Positions 28,989-38,960 of a DNA stretch of 64,000 nt are shown here, in pieces. The notes under the pieces are model-generated. The model did not search any database and was not told the DNA's origin. It saw nothing but the letters and a program-made list of their open reading frames with translations. The DNA lies in IMG/VR virus record IMGVR_UViG_3300047496_000213, positions 17,817-81,816 of that record. The stretch is one strand, 5' to 3'. The stretch comes from a virus. Positions within the stretch are counted from its first letter, which is position 1. Every line of letters starts with the position of its first letter. The position numbers and the translations under genes were made by a program.

Positions 28989-29363
28989 ATGGCGTTGACT
29001 TCGATTAAAGGTAATTTTACACCAATCGGTGATAAAGTTCTTGTTTCTAATCTTGAACATGGCGATACAGTCACGAAAGCTGGTATCATTATTACTGATG
29101 ACAATCTTACTAATAGAGGTATCCGTTCCAGATGGGGCAAAGTATGGGCGATTGGTCCAAAGGTTAAAGATATTGCAGTTGGCCAATGGATTCTTATAGA
29201 ACATGGTCGATGGACTCAAAAAATTAAAATTGAGACTGCTGAAGAAAACGTAGACGTTTGGAGCGTTGAATATCCTAAAAGTGTTTTGGCTGTCAGTGAT
29301 GAAAAACCAGACTCTACCGCCACTTCCATTCCGGGTTTAGAATTCCAAACTCGTAAACGATAA
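28989..29363 (+). CDS. groES: GroES-like co-chaperonin
   Basis: PIGDKVLV, TKAGIII, GKVWAIGP, IAVGQWIL. Confidence 0.85.
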   Translation: MALTSIKGNFTPIGDKVLVSNLEHGDTVTKAGIIITDDNLTNRGIRSRWGKVWAIGPKVKDIAVGQWILIEHGRWTQKIKIETAEENVDVWSVEYPKSVLAVSDEKPDSTATSIPGLEFQTRKR

Positions 29364-29521
29364 TGTTGCTTTATTTATTGCCTTATCGAGTGGTTTCTTT
29401 CTATGGAGAACCTACGAGCGAAATGGGAATACGCTCCAAGCGAAACTAATTGCTAACGGCTCCCAAGAGCACAATAACTGACTTAACGTGCTCTTGAGAG
29501 CACATCACATTAGGAAAATAT

Positions 29522-31582
29522 ATGACCGTTGAGTTATGGTACGAAAAATATCGTCCTAAAACAATTGATGAATATGTATGGAAAGACCTCAACCAAAAAC
29601 ACAAAGTTGAAGAATGGATTGCTGCTGGAGCTACCCCGCATGTTCTATTTTCTGGTAGTACCGGAACCGGAAAAGCCCAACCTTTAAGCAGTAAAGTTCT
29701 TACACCTAAAGGATGGGTATTGATGCAAGATTTACAATTAGGAGATATTGTAGTAACTCCTTCTGGTAGAAACGCACCAATTATAGGTATTTTTCCACAA
29801 GGGTTAAAAACGGTTTACCAAATAGTTTTTGATGATGGTAAAACGACGCAAGCATGTGCGGAGCACTTGTGGGAAGTAAAACATAGTGATTGGAGAAAAA
29901 AATCAAAAAACGAAAACTATGGTATTAGAGTATTACCTACAGATAGTTTAGAAGACAAACTACAAAAATTAAGTTTAATAAAAACTAATCACCGTTTAGG
30001 TATTAGATTATGTGAACCTGTTGATTTTAGTACGGAAAACAATCTTCCTATTCATCCATATGTATTAGGTTGTCTACTTGGTGACGGTTGTTTAACCGAA
30101 GAAGGTTCTATAAGAATTTCAAGTGCAGATGAAGAATTATTAACTAAATTTGAAAGTCTGCTTCCAGAAGGATTGAGATTAAGCCAATGTGGGCAATATG
30201 ATTATCGTATAATCGGCAAAAATGGTTTTAATTTTCTCCGGAAAAACAAGAAAGGTATTTTTTGCAATCCGTTAAAAATAGCATTGAACGATTTAGGGCT
30301 TATTGGTACATATTCTCATACCAAATTCATTCCAGAAGGGTATAAATATGCACCACTTAATGCCCGAAAAGAGCTACTTATGGGCTTAATGGATACTGAT
30401 GGTACGGTTTGTTCTGACAATTCTATAACTCATAGAGGCGGCGGCGCACTGTCGTATTGTTCAGTCAGCCAAACATTGAGTAAAGATGTTCAAGAATTGG
30501 TTTGGTCTCTTGGCGGAATCGCTAAAATCACTATCAAAACACCAAGTTATACATATAAAAAAGAAAAAAAACTTGGGCGTCTAGCGTATTCGGTTAATAT
30601 TAGAATGAAAAATCCAGAACAAGTCTTTTCGCTATCGAGAAAAATAAAGAAATGTCCCGAAAAATATCAATATAAAGGATCGATTTGTAATAATATTAAA
30701 AGCATTACGGCTCTTGATGAAAAAGTGGAAATGCAGTGTATAATGATAGATGATCCAGAACATTTATATATTACAGATGACTATATTCCCACTCATAATA
30801 CGGCATTGGCCGAACTTTTAATGAAGGAACTTGGTATTCCTAAAGGCGATATTCTTAAAAAGAATGCTAGTAAAGAACGTCGTATTGATGATTTACAAAA
30901 TTCAATAGTAAATTTTGCTTCTACTTGGGCTTTAAATGATACAGGTTTTAAATATGTAATTTTGGATGAAGCCGATACTCTTTCTCCACTTTCACAGAAA
31001 TTTCTCCGTGGGGAAATGGATAAATTTGAAGCAAGTTGTAGGTTTATTTTTACTTGCAATTATCCAAAAGATATTACCGATCCTATTCTTGGTCGGGTTC
31101 AAGAAATGAAGTTTCATGCTCTAGATCGTAATGAATGTATTGTTCGGGCTGGAGAAATTCTTACTGTAGAAAATGTAGAATTTGATATAGAAGATTTAAT
31201 GAAGTATGTTGAGATAACTTATCCAAATCTTCGAAAATGTATTGGGCTTCTTCAGCAAAATACCGTTAGAGGAAAACTCAATCCACCCCCACCCCCAGAA
31301 GAAATAACTACGAATAAAGATTATCTTCTAGAAGCTATTGTATGTTTTCGCCAAAACAAAATTTTAGAAGGACGGAAACTTATAATAGAAAAAGCTAAAT
31401 TTGAAGAATATCCAGACATCTATAGGTATTTCTATAAAAATTTAGATTTATGGGGCGATCAAAAACTACAAGATGAAGCTCTATTAATTATTAGTAGAGG
31501 GTTGATAGATCATAGCATTTGTGCCGATAGCGAAATAAATTTGAGTGCAACGTTATGTCGTTTAGGTAGATTATTAAGGTAA
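29522..31582 (+). CDS. Clamp loader AAA+ subunit (RFC/gp44-like) containing an intein
   Basis: LWYEKYRP, GSTGTGK|T Walker A split by the intein, ILDEAD Walker B, RFIFTCN. Confidence 0.92.
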   Translation: MTVELWYEKYRPKTIDEYVWKDLNQKHKVEEWIAAGATPHVLFSGSTGTGKAQPLSSKVLTPKGWVLMQDLQLGDIVVTPSGRNAPIIGIFPQGLKTVYQIVFDDGKTTQACAEHLWEVKHSDWRKKSKNENYGIRVLPTDSLEDKLQKLSLIKTNHRLGIRLCEPVDFSTENNLPIHPYVLGCLLGDGCLTEEGSIRISSADEELLTKFESLLPEGLRLSQCGQYDYRIIGKNGFNFLRKNKKGIFCNPLKIALNDLGLIGTYSHTKFIPEGYKYAPLNARKELLMGLMDTDGTVCSDNSITHRGGGALSYCSVSQTLSKDVQELVWSLGGIAKITIKTPSYTYKKEKKLGRLAYSVNIRMKNPEQVFSLSRKIKKCPEKYQYKGSICNNIKSITALDEKVEMQCIMIDDPEHLYITDDYIPTHNTALAELLMKELGIPKGDILKKNASKERRIDDLQNSIVNFASTWALNDTGFKYVILDEADTLSPLSQKFLRGEMDKFEASCRFIFTCNYPKDITDPILGRVQEMKFHALDRNECIVRAGEILTVENVEFDIEDLMKYVEITYPNLRKCIGLLQQNTVRGKLNPPPPPEEITTNKDYLLEAIVCFRQNKILEGRKLIIEKAKFEEYPDIYRYFYKNLDLWGDQKLQDEALLIISRGLIDHSICADSEINLSATLCRLGRLLR
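29675..30799 (+). mobile_element. Class 3 (Ala1, WCT) intein with LAGLIDADG endonuclease, 375 aa
   Basis: Starts AQPL..KVLTP.GW; block B HLW; block F MQCI; ends PTHN before T+1; LGCLLGDG and LMGLMDTDG motifs. Confidence 0.88.
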
Positions 31583-31587
31583 TTATT

Positions 31588-32019
31588 ATGAATTTTTTCA
31601 AGTTATTCAGAAGACCACCAGACTACATTGTAGGTGATATATCTGATCCTTATTTGAAGCGTTGGTGGATAGTTCCTCGAAACAAATATTTAAATATTTA
31701 TTTGCACCATTTTTTAAGATCAGATGATGATAGAGCCTTACACGATCATATGTACGATAATGTAAGCATTTTGCTACATGGAGCATATAATGAGCAAAAG
31801 ACTAACGGAAAACGATATATTAAAGCTCCTAATATTATTTTCAGAAAAGCGGCAACTTTACATCGTATAGAATTGATTGATAACTGTTCTACTTGGACTC
31901 TTTTCATTACCGGACCAAGATATAGAGAATGGGGATTTTCTTGTCCTCAAGGATGGAGGCCATGGCAAAAATTTGTGGACATGAATAATCCCGGTCTGCG
32001 AGGCCCTGGATGCGATTAA
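31588..32019 (+). CDS. Cupin-like protein
   Basis: YLHHFLRSDDDRALHDH, HRIEL, WTLFITG. Confidence 0.7.
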   Translation: MNFFKLFRRPPDYIVGDISDPYLKRWWIVPRNKYLNIYLHHFLRSDDDRALHDHMYDNVSILLHGAYNEQKTNGKRYIKAPNIIFRKAATLHRIELIDNCSTWTLFITGPRYREWGFSCPQGWRPWQKFVDMNNPGLRGPGCD

Positions 32020-32071
32020 TATAGTAAGTTCAATTTAGCTTTGATATATTTTAGAAAATAAGGAAAATAAA

Positions 32072-32455
32072 ATGACAAATTTAATTGATAAATATAATCG
32101 CAATCGTCCGTTTTTGATGATTACTCGGTTAGCTCATGTGGCTAAAGGCGTAAGAACAGAAATTCGTGGATGGGATAAGAAATCTGAGAACACTAGAATT
32201 GAAGAAAATCATAGAATTATTGATCGCGTTAACGATACACACATGCGAGATGCCGTAGTAATTATAGATGTTGTTAAGAATGTTTGTGTTAAAAATGCGA
32301 TGACAGATTCTCCAGATAATGAAGTTATATCGTATTTTTTACAAAAATATAAAGAAGATGTCTCCAAATCATTGAATTCATGGGCAACATTAAAGGCACA
32401 GGAAAAAGCCAAACAAATTCCGGAACCATCTATTGATGGTGTTTATGGTGTGTAA
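32072..32455 (+). CDS. Hypothetical protein
   Basis: AAGGA SD; coupled to the next gene. Confidence 0.7.
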   Translation: MTNLIDKYNRNRPFLMITRLAHVAKGVRTEIRGWDKKSENTRIEENHRIIDRVNDTHMRDAVVIIDVVKNVCVKNAMTDSPDNEVISYFLQKYKEDVSKSLNSWATLKAQEKAKQIPEPSIDGVYGV

Positions 32456-33144
32456 TGAAAGTTATATTGACAGATATTGATGATACAATTCTGCAATTTT
32501 CACATCATTTTGAGAATTGGGCGCGTAATAAAAAAGGTTATAATCTAAATAGTAGAATGAGAGAAATTGGTAGTTTATCGGATGCTATAGGATGTGACCG
32601 AGAAACTATTGATGATCTTATATTAGAATTTTCTGAAGATCATAGCGAGTTTGGTATTTTGACGCCTGAAAAAGACGCTCTTTATATATTACCTATCTTG
32701 CATAAAATGGGATATCAATTTGTCGCTATTTCTGCTTGTATTCATGGGCCTGAAGTTACCGCCATAAGGCGTAAAAATCTAGAAACAGCCTTCGGTTTCA
32801 AGTGGCTCGGAATCCACTGTGTGGGCCTTAAACAATCAAAAGAAATACAATTAAGCGCCCATGATACAGCTTATTGGGTTGAAGATAATTTGGCGCACGC
32901 CTTAGTTGGTGCTCAAGTTGGCCACAAGACTTTCTTACTGGATCGTCCGTATAATCAAGGTGAATTACCAGACGGTAATCCGATGAGAGTGAAATCTTGG
33001 CACAACATTTTCGAAGAAATCGTTAGGAACGAACCTAAGATAAGTATTACTGATACGGATTTGGTTATTACTAATCCGGTTCCTCATGCATCCGTTCCAA
33101 CGATGCCGACAGGAAAATATAAGACGTTTAATATTAGGAGCTAA
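32455..33144 (+). CDS. HAD-superfamily hydrolase (T4 gp30.2-like)
   Basis: ILTDIDD, WVEDN, LDRPYN. Confidence 0.8.
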   Translation: MKVILTDIDDTILQFSHHFENWARNKKGYNLNSRMREIGSLSDAIGCDRETIDDLILEFSEDHSEFGILTPEKDALYILPILHKMGYQFVAISACIHGPEVTAIRRKNLETAFGFKWLGIHCVGLKQSKEIQLSAHDTAYWVEDNLAHALVGAQVGHKTFLLDRPYNQGELPDGNPMRVKSWHNIFEEIVRNEPKISITDTDLVITNPVPHASVPTMPTGKYKTFNIRS

Positions 33145-33148
33145 GGCG

Positions 33149-33334
33149 ATGAAAAGAATGAGTATTGATCAACAACTTCTAGAAAATGAACGAAGACTAC
33201 GAAAAGTCAGAGACAATAATTATGTTCAAATCCATATCAAAAAAGCATTACAGCATCTTGATTCCGATAAAGTTATGGTGAAAACAAAGCTATTGGAAGC
33301 ATTAGAAGAGTTAGAAAAATGTATGGTGAACTAA
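33149..33334 (+). CDS. Hypothetical protein
   Basis: AGGAG SD before MKRMS. Confidence 0.5.
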   Translation: MKRMSIDQQLLENERRLRKVRDNNYVQIHIKKALQHLDSDKVMVKTKLLEALEELEKCMVN

Positions 33335-33885
33335 CTGTCATTACAGGTCCGATGTTCAGTTCTAAGACCACAGAACTTTTGAAAAGAATATTGTGGGCTA
33401 AAAATGGTGAAAATAAAGAAGTCTTAGTAATCAAACCAGCTTTTGATGATCGTTATTCTATAACTAAAATAGTTTCACACGATGGTTTAAGTGTTGATGC
33501 AGAATCAATTACATCATGGGCAAATATTTATGAATCCGCTTTATTTGCGGATATGATTTTTATCGATGAACTTCAGTTTTTTTGCGAACCATATTTTTCT
33601 GGAGATATAATTCAAGAAGTAATTAATCTTTTGAAGCAAGGTAAAACTGTTATAGCTAACGGACTAGATATGGATTTTGAAGGAAATGCTTTTCCTATAA
33701 CAAAAACACTATTTACTATGGCTGATAATGCAATAAAACTTAGGTCTAATTGTGTTATTTGTGGTAAAAATGCAACAAAAACTTATAAGAAGAAACTTTC
33801 ATATGAACAGCAAGTTGAATTAGGTTCTAGTGATTTGTATGAGGCCCGCTGCAATAAACATTGGTATGGTATAGTCGAGTTTTGA
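33319..33885 (+). CDS. tdk: Thymidine kinase
   Basis: GPMFSSKT, IDELQF, GLDMDF, CVIC, YEARC..H. Confidence 0.92.
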   Translation: MYGELTVITGPMFSSKTTELLKRILWAKNGENKEVLVIKPAFDDRYSITKIVSHDGLSVDAESITSWANIYESALFADMIFIDELQFFCEPYFSGDIIQEVINLLKQGKTVIANGLDMDFEGNAFPITKTLFTMADNAIKLRSNCVICGKNATKTYKKKLSYEQQVELGSSDLYEARCNKHWYGIVEF

Positions 33886-33974
33886 GACAATAAAACACCA
33901 TATATGAAAGTTTTTTGGTGATCCTAAATACTTTTCGAGAGCGGTTAAATTAACTCTAACTCGGAGATCACACA

Positions 33975-34757
33975 GTGGCAAGAAACATTGCTAAACGGGC
34001 ATCAAGACCTAACCCAAGAGAAGAACGAAACACACCAGAATATAGAAGAAAGCGAGACAATATAGTCAACTTTGACGAAGCCGCCTCAAAAAGCTACCGT
34101 CGCAAAAAAGTTGAACTACTTCCACGAAATCTCGCTCAAGAAAATTACCTTGATTTATTAGAAAATCCTGACAAAAATATCGTCATAGCAATGGGTCCTG
34201 CTGGAACCGGTAAAACTTTATTGGCAACATTATTTGCCATTCAAGAACTTCAAGCTGGAAATGTAGAAAAAATTATTGTTACCCGCCCTTTGGTGGCAAC
34301 TGGAGAAAACATTGGGGCTCTTCCTGGTGACCTAATTGCAAAACTTTCGGTCTGGGCAATTCCGATTTTAGATATATTCAAGGAATACTATTCTATTGCT
34401 ACTGTAAAAAAACTTTTAGAAGATGAAACTCTTGAGTTAGCTTCACTAGGTTTGATGAGAGGTAGATCACTAAAAAACGCAATTGTGATAGGGGATGAAA
34501 TGCAAAATGGAACTCCAGATCAATTTAAAAATCTGTTGACTCGTATTTCTGATGTAGGAAATACAAAAATGATTATAACAGGTGATATAAATCAGCATGA
34601 TCGTGGTTTTGCTGAAAACGGTCTGAAGGATTTCGTAGAACGTTTAGAAAAAAATCCGAATTGTGCAAATAGAATTGGTTTAGTTAAATTTTCTACAGGT
34701 GATGTAGAACGGCATCCTGTTATTGCTCAAGTATTGAAATTATATGGAGAAAATTAA
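33975..34757 (+). CDS. phoH: PhoH-family ATPase
   Basis: GPAGTGKT, TRP, MRGRS, DEMQN, TGD..Q.D, RHP. Confidence 0.92.
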   Translation: MARNIAKRASRPNPREERNTPEYRRKRDNIVNFDEAASKSYRRKKVELLPRNLAQENYLDLLENPDKNIVIAMGPAGTGKTLLATLFAIQELQAGNVEKIIVTRPLVATGENIGALPGDLIAKLSVWAIPILDIFKEYYSIATVKKLLEDETLELASLGLMRGRSLKNAIVIGDEMQNGTPDQFKNLLTRISDVGNTKMIITGDINQHDRGFAENGLKDFVERLEKNPNCANRIGLVKFSTGDVERHPVIAQVLKLYGEN

Positions 34758-34907
34758 GCTCTCGTAAGTATCAAAATACAAATAAAATACTACTTTACAG
34801 GCCATAATGATTCTTTAGGTAATTACTTATTGATTAGAAAGAACCATTATGGCTGGAAGAAAAACAAAAATTACTGTCGTTATTACTGATCCGGTTTCAT
34901 TCGGAAT

Positions 34908-35378
34908 TTAAAGTTCTTGATGGGCTCGCGCCCTTAGACGATAAATTTCGTGAATGTATTCCCATTCTGTCAGAGTTGTATTCGTTGGATCGTGTTTTCC
35001 GATTTTGTGCGTCAGCACCGCAACCCCTGTATCATAAAGAGCCTTTCGAAATGCTTCGTTCTGGTCGAAGCATGCGTCATACGCCTTCGAAATGAGGTTG
35101 TGATATTTCTTGGACAAGCGCGGGTAGGGTTTCCCCCGCCAATATAAGGTTTGCGTCTCCTTCCAGGCATTTCCGAGTTGGCCGACCTTAAATGCGTCGT
35201 AGCCATGGAGGGCCGCAATCATTTCCTGTTCCTCAAGCCCTTCTTGCTTAATCGACTGAATCCACCCTTCAAAAGCACCGCACTGGACACCATCTAACTT
35301 GAATGGATATGGAAACAGGTTTGAAAGGGCGGTTCCGAGACCACCATTTTTATAACCCAGATCGATGATTTCGGTCAT
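34908..35378 (-). CDS. NADAR-superfamily protein (T4 gp30.3-like)
   Basis: ALSNLFPYPF..DG, EGWIQSIK, LYWRG..Y.R.S..Y, QN..F..AL..T, LTH.IG, LTE.E. Confidence 0.75.
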   Translation of the reverse strand: MTEIIDLGYKNGGLGTALSNLFPYPFKLDGVQCGAFEGWIQSIKQEGLEEQEMIAALHGYDAFKVGQLGNAWKETQTLYWRGKPYPRLSKKYHNLISKAYDACFDQNEAFRKALYDTGVAVLTHKIGKHDPTNTTLTEWEYIHEIYRLRARAHQEL

Positions 35379-35557
35379 TATAATATCTTTCTTGCTTGGT
35401 TAGAGAGGGGTTAGACGGCTCTTCGCAGAGAGGAACAAGAGAGATTATATCCTTTTTTCAACTTTTTTCAACTTTTTTTCGTTTGTGCTGTTGACTTATC
35501 ATAGGGAGAGAGTATTTAGGAATCTCTCCCTGTAGCTGCTTAACAAAAGGAACCTTC

Positions 35558-36115
35558 ATGACGCAGCCAAACGAAGGCGGAAACGCCGAATCTACCCACC
35601 TTGATCGGGTGGTTACGCTAACAGCGGCTTATGTCGCTGGGAATACCGTTCGGGCTGGTGAACTTGGCGAAATTGTCGCTTTGTTCGCTACGGCTCTACG
35701 TGGCCTGGACGCGCCCATCGTTCCGGAAGTTATTCCGGAAGAGCCTAAGGTATCGATCAAGAAGTCGATTACACCCGACTATCTGATCTGCCTGGATGAC
35801 GGAATGCGCTTCAAGTCGCTGAAGCGTCACCTGTCCACACTCGGTATGACTCCGGACGAATATCGTGCGAAGTGGGGCCTGGACAAGGACTATCCGATGG
35901 TTGCTCCATCTTACAGTGAAGCTCGGTCCACTCTCGCAAAGACGGCTGGCCTGGGTCGCAAGCGTTCGGATGAAACCGTTGCTCCTGCCGTAGCGGAAAC
36001 TCCCGCTGCCGCCGTAGCGGAAACTTCCGCGCCGGTGACTGAGACGGTTGCTGAAACCCCGGCGCCCAAGGCTCCGAAGGGTAAGAAGGCCGCCAAGGAA
36101 ACGGTTGAAGCGTAA
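35558..36115 (+). CDS. mucR: Ros/MucR-family transcriptional regulator with Ala/Pro/Lys-rich tail
   Basis: SITPDYLICLDDG..FKSLKRHL, YRAKWGL..DYPMVAP.YS..RS.LAK..GLG. Confidence 0.92.
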   Translation: MTQPNEGGNAESTHLDRVVTLTAAYVAGNTVRAGELGEIVALFATALRGLDAPIVPEVIPEEPKVSIKKSITPDYLICLDDGMRFKSLKRHLSTLGMTPDEYRAKWGLDKDYPMVAPSYSEARSTLAKTAGLGRKRSDETVAPAVAETPAAAVAETSAPVTETVAETPAPKAPKGKKAAKETVEA

Positions 36116-36133
36116 TTTACGCTTCAATTTCCT

Positions 36134-36168
36134 AAAAAAAGGGTCGCTGGAAACAGCGACCCTTTTTT
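36134..36168. terminator. Bidirectional intrinsic terminator
   Basis: AAAAAAAGGGTCGCTG-GAAA-CAGCGACCCTTTTTT. Confidence 0.85.
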
Positions 36169-36181
36169 ATTTCTTTTCATA

Positions 36182-36210
36182 TTGACAAAAACTTCAAAAA
36201 GATATAAATA
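36182..36210 (+). promoter_or_regulatory. Composite early/late promoter of the NAD cluster
   Basis: TTGACA at 36182 and TATAAATA at 36203-36210. Confidence 0.65.
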
Positions 36211-36268
36211 GATTTTAACGGTTACGGGATAGACCCATTTACCGGCCATAGCATCTGTAGGAGCTACG

Positions 36269-37522
36269 ATGACCATTAATGAAGCGCAATTGCGCTATGA
36301 TCTTGCGGTATTTATCGGGAGATTTCAAATTTTTCATAATGGTCATCTTCATGTAATCGAAGAAGCTCTACAAAAAGCTCGAACAGTTCTAATCATTATC
36401 GGTTCTGCCAACGAAGCACGGAAGCCTGACCGTTTGCCTTTTACGGCTGATGAACGTCGGGAAATGATTATTAATAGTATTTCAGATACGAAATATCAGT
36501 GGCGATCTGTCACCGAAACGGAAAAAACCGTTTACGCGCAATCTATAGATATTTCGGATCGTGAGCGCGTCTTTATAAAGTATGCCGAAGATTTTAGTAA
36601 TATGACGCTTTGGACAGAGCAAATTCAACGACTGGTAGAAGAAACAGTTAATAATTTGACTGATTCTAGATTGTTTGAAAAAGCAAAGATTACTTTGATT
36701 GGTCATGCTAAGGATAATTCAAGTTTTTATTTGAAGGCTTTCCCTCAATGGGATTCCATAAATGTTGAACAAAAACATATTCTTTCGGCCACGGATATTC
36801 GAAATGATTATTTCAAAGATTGGAACAATATCGATGAATATTGGAATCGATGGTATACATATGTTGTTCCAACTATCCCAAAAGGAACTCTGAGTTTTCT
36901 TAATAAATTCAGATCGACTGAATTTTATACAGAAATTTGCAAAGAACTTCGTTTCATGGAAACCTACTTGGCTCAATGGGATTCCGTTCCTTATAAGCCA
37001 AATTTCCTCACTGTGGATAATGTTGTTATCCAAAGCGGATTTATCCTTTTGATTCAGCGAAAGTCTTATCCTGGCAAAGATTTGTGGGCACTTCCTGGTG
37101 GACATCTGGAACAAGATGAAACTGTCGAGCAAGGAACTCTTCGTGAATTGAGAGAAGAAACAAAGCTGAAAGTACCGGAATCAGTCCTAAAAGGCAGTAT
37201 TGTCGCCACAAAATATTTCGATAATCCTTATCGGTCTACGCGGCGTAGAACACTAACGTTTGCCACTTTATTTCATCTTAACCCAAAGGTTCCGGAACGT
37301 ATCTTAAGCGTGAAGACGGATGGAACACCAAATACATTTTCTGAGACGGAAGAAGCTTATCGGAAGCGTGTAAAGGAAGCTTTACGCTTGCCTCGTGTTA
37401 CTGCGGCGGATGATGCTAAAAAAGCTAAATGGGTTCGTTTGGACGAGATTCGTCGGGATCAAATGATGGAAGATCATTTTTCCATCATTCAAACAATGAA
37501 GGCAATGATTAAAGAAGATTGA
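36269..37522 (+). CDS. nadM: Bifunctional NMN/NaMN adenylyltransferase - ADP-ribose pyrophosphatase (NadM-Nudix)
   Basis: FIGRFQIFHNGH, IGSAN, SSFYL..FPQW, LSATDIR; Nudix box GGHLEQDE......RELREET; ADDAKKA.W; EDH. Confidence 0.92.
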   Translation: MTINEAQLRYDLAVFIGRFQIFHNGHLHVIEEALQKARTVLIIIGSANEARKPDRLPFTADERREMIINSISDTKYQWRSVTETEKTVYAQSIDISDRERVFIKYAEDFSNMTLWTEQIQRLVEETVNNLTDSRLFEKAKITLIGHAKDNSSFYLKAFPQWDSINVEQKHILSATDIRNDYFKDWNNIDEYWNRWYTYVVPTIPKGTLSFLNKFRSTEFYTEICKELRFMETYLAQWDSVPYKPNFLTVDNVVIQSGFILLIQRKSYPGKDLWALPGGHLEQDETVEQGTLRELREETKLKVPESVLKGSIVATKYFDNPYRSTRRRTLTFATLFHLNPKVPERILSVKTDGTPNTFSETEEAYRKRVKEALRLPRVTAADDAKKAKWVRLDEIRRDQMMEDHFSIIQTMKAMIKED

Positions 37523-37610
37523 CAAATTTTTCTGGATTAACCTCTGGACAAATACGAAATATGTTGTATAAAGAATGTAAGAAATCCCGTCATGGATGGA
37601 GAGTTATTAA

Positions 37611-38936
37611 ATGAATATAGATTTTGCTTATAGGGCTCATTCGCACTCATATAAAATTGATCCGATTATTCGATCACTTCTCGATGTTGATTTCTATAAG
37701 TTGCTTATGCAGCAATTGGTTTATACCAATCATTATTTTACACGAGTTGAATACGCAATTATTAATCGCACTCTATCTGTTGATTTGGCACAGGAAATTA
37801 ATCGCGCGGAATTGCGGGAACAACTTGAATACTGTCGCACTCTTCGTTTTACTCCTTCTGAATTAATTTGGCTTACGGGTCAAACTTTCTATGGACAAAT
37901 GGGTATTTTTCACAAGAGTTATATTGATTATCTTAGAACTTTTCAGCTTCCTGAATTTGAATTGAGTAATGATCAAAATGTGTTTGATTTGAGATTTTCT
38001 GGAAGCTGGGTAGAAGTCAAGCTTTGGGAAATATTTGCAATTTCAATTATTAACGAAATGCGATATCGTGAAATTATGAAGAAAATGTCCAAATCTCAAC
38101 TAGACATTATGTATGCTCGTGCCAAAGTTAGACTTTATGACAAGCTCGAAATTCTTTCTAATATTGAAGGGCTTAACCTAACCGATTTTGGAACGCGCCG
38201 CCGTCATAGTTTTCTGTGGCAAGAACATTGTGTCCTAACAGCAATGGAAGTTTTGGGTGATAAATTTACTGGAACTTCAAATGTTCACTTAGCAATGAAA
38301 CATAATTTGGAAGCAAAGGGAACTAATGCTCATTCGCTTCCGATGGTTTTTGCCGCTTTGGCTAAAAATGATGAAGAACTGAAGCAATCTCAATACAAGG
38401 TTCTTCGTGAATGGGAAGAATTTTACAGAGGTAATATGTTGGTTTTCCTTCCCGATACCTTTGGAACGACTCAATTTCTTAGAAATGCGCCGCCAATTTT
38501 AGCTCAAACTTGGGCTGGAGCTAGACCAGATTCAAAAGACCCAATTGTAGGTGGAGAAGAATTGATCAATTGGTGGAAGATGCATGGCGTTAACCCACAA
38601 GAGAAACTTATAATTTTTTCGGATGGTCTAGATGTTAATCTTGATCGTCGTGATGCAATCAATATGGATAATGATATTCCAACTATCCAAGAACATTTCA
38701 AAGATAGAGTTAAAGTTGGTTTTGGATGGGGGACAAATCTGACTAATGACTTTCGTTTTAATTCAGAAATGAAACCTATCAGCCTTGTCTGTAAAGTCGC
38801 CTCCGTTAACGGCAAACCGGCAGTTAAACTTTCTGACGTAAAATCAAAGGCTACGGGTGAAGCCGAAGAAGTTAAGCGATATCAAAGAGTCTTCGGAGAA
38901 GAGGGAATTGAGATAGGTCCAGTTCTTATTGTGTAA
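37611..38936 (+). CDS. pncB: Nicotinate phosphoribosyltransferase
   Basis: LLDVDFYKLLMQQ, DFGTRRRHS, GTSNV, GTNAH (phospho-His), PDTFG, RPDS, FSDGL, GWGTNLTND, VKLSD. Confidence 0.93.
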   Translation: MNIDFAYRAHSHSYKIDPIIRSLLDVDFYKLLMQQLVYTNHYFTRVEYAIINRTLSVDLAQEINRAELREQLEYCRTLRFTPSELIWLTGQTFYGQMGIFHKSYIDYLRTFQLPEFELSNDQNVFDLRFSGSWVEVKLWEIFAISIINEMRYREIMKKMSKSQLDIMYARAKVRLYDKLEILSNIEGLNLTDFGTRRRHSFLWQEHCVLTAMEVLGDKFTGTSNVHLAMKHNLEAKGTNAHSLPMVFAALAKNDEELKQSQYKVLREWEEFYRGNMLVFLPDTFGTTQFLRNAPPILAQTWAGARPDSKDPIVGGEELINWWKMHGVNPQEKLIIFSDGLDVNLDRRDAINMDNDIPTIQEHFKDRVKVGFGWGTNLTNDFRFNSEMKPISLVCKVASVNGKPAVKLSDVKSKATGEAEEVKRYQRVFGEEGIEIGPVLIV

Positions 38937-38960
38937 ATTTCAGGACTGAAGGAATGGAAA

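Noticed and set aside
34801-34853. Long imperfect hairpin GCCATAATG...CATTATGGC after phoH
   Set aside because: Adequately explained as a terminator or processing stem between convergent genes; the downstream micro-ORF is only 20 codons.
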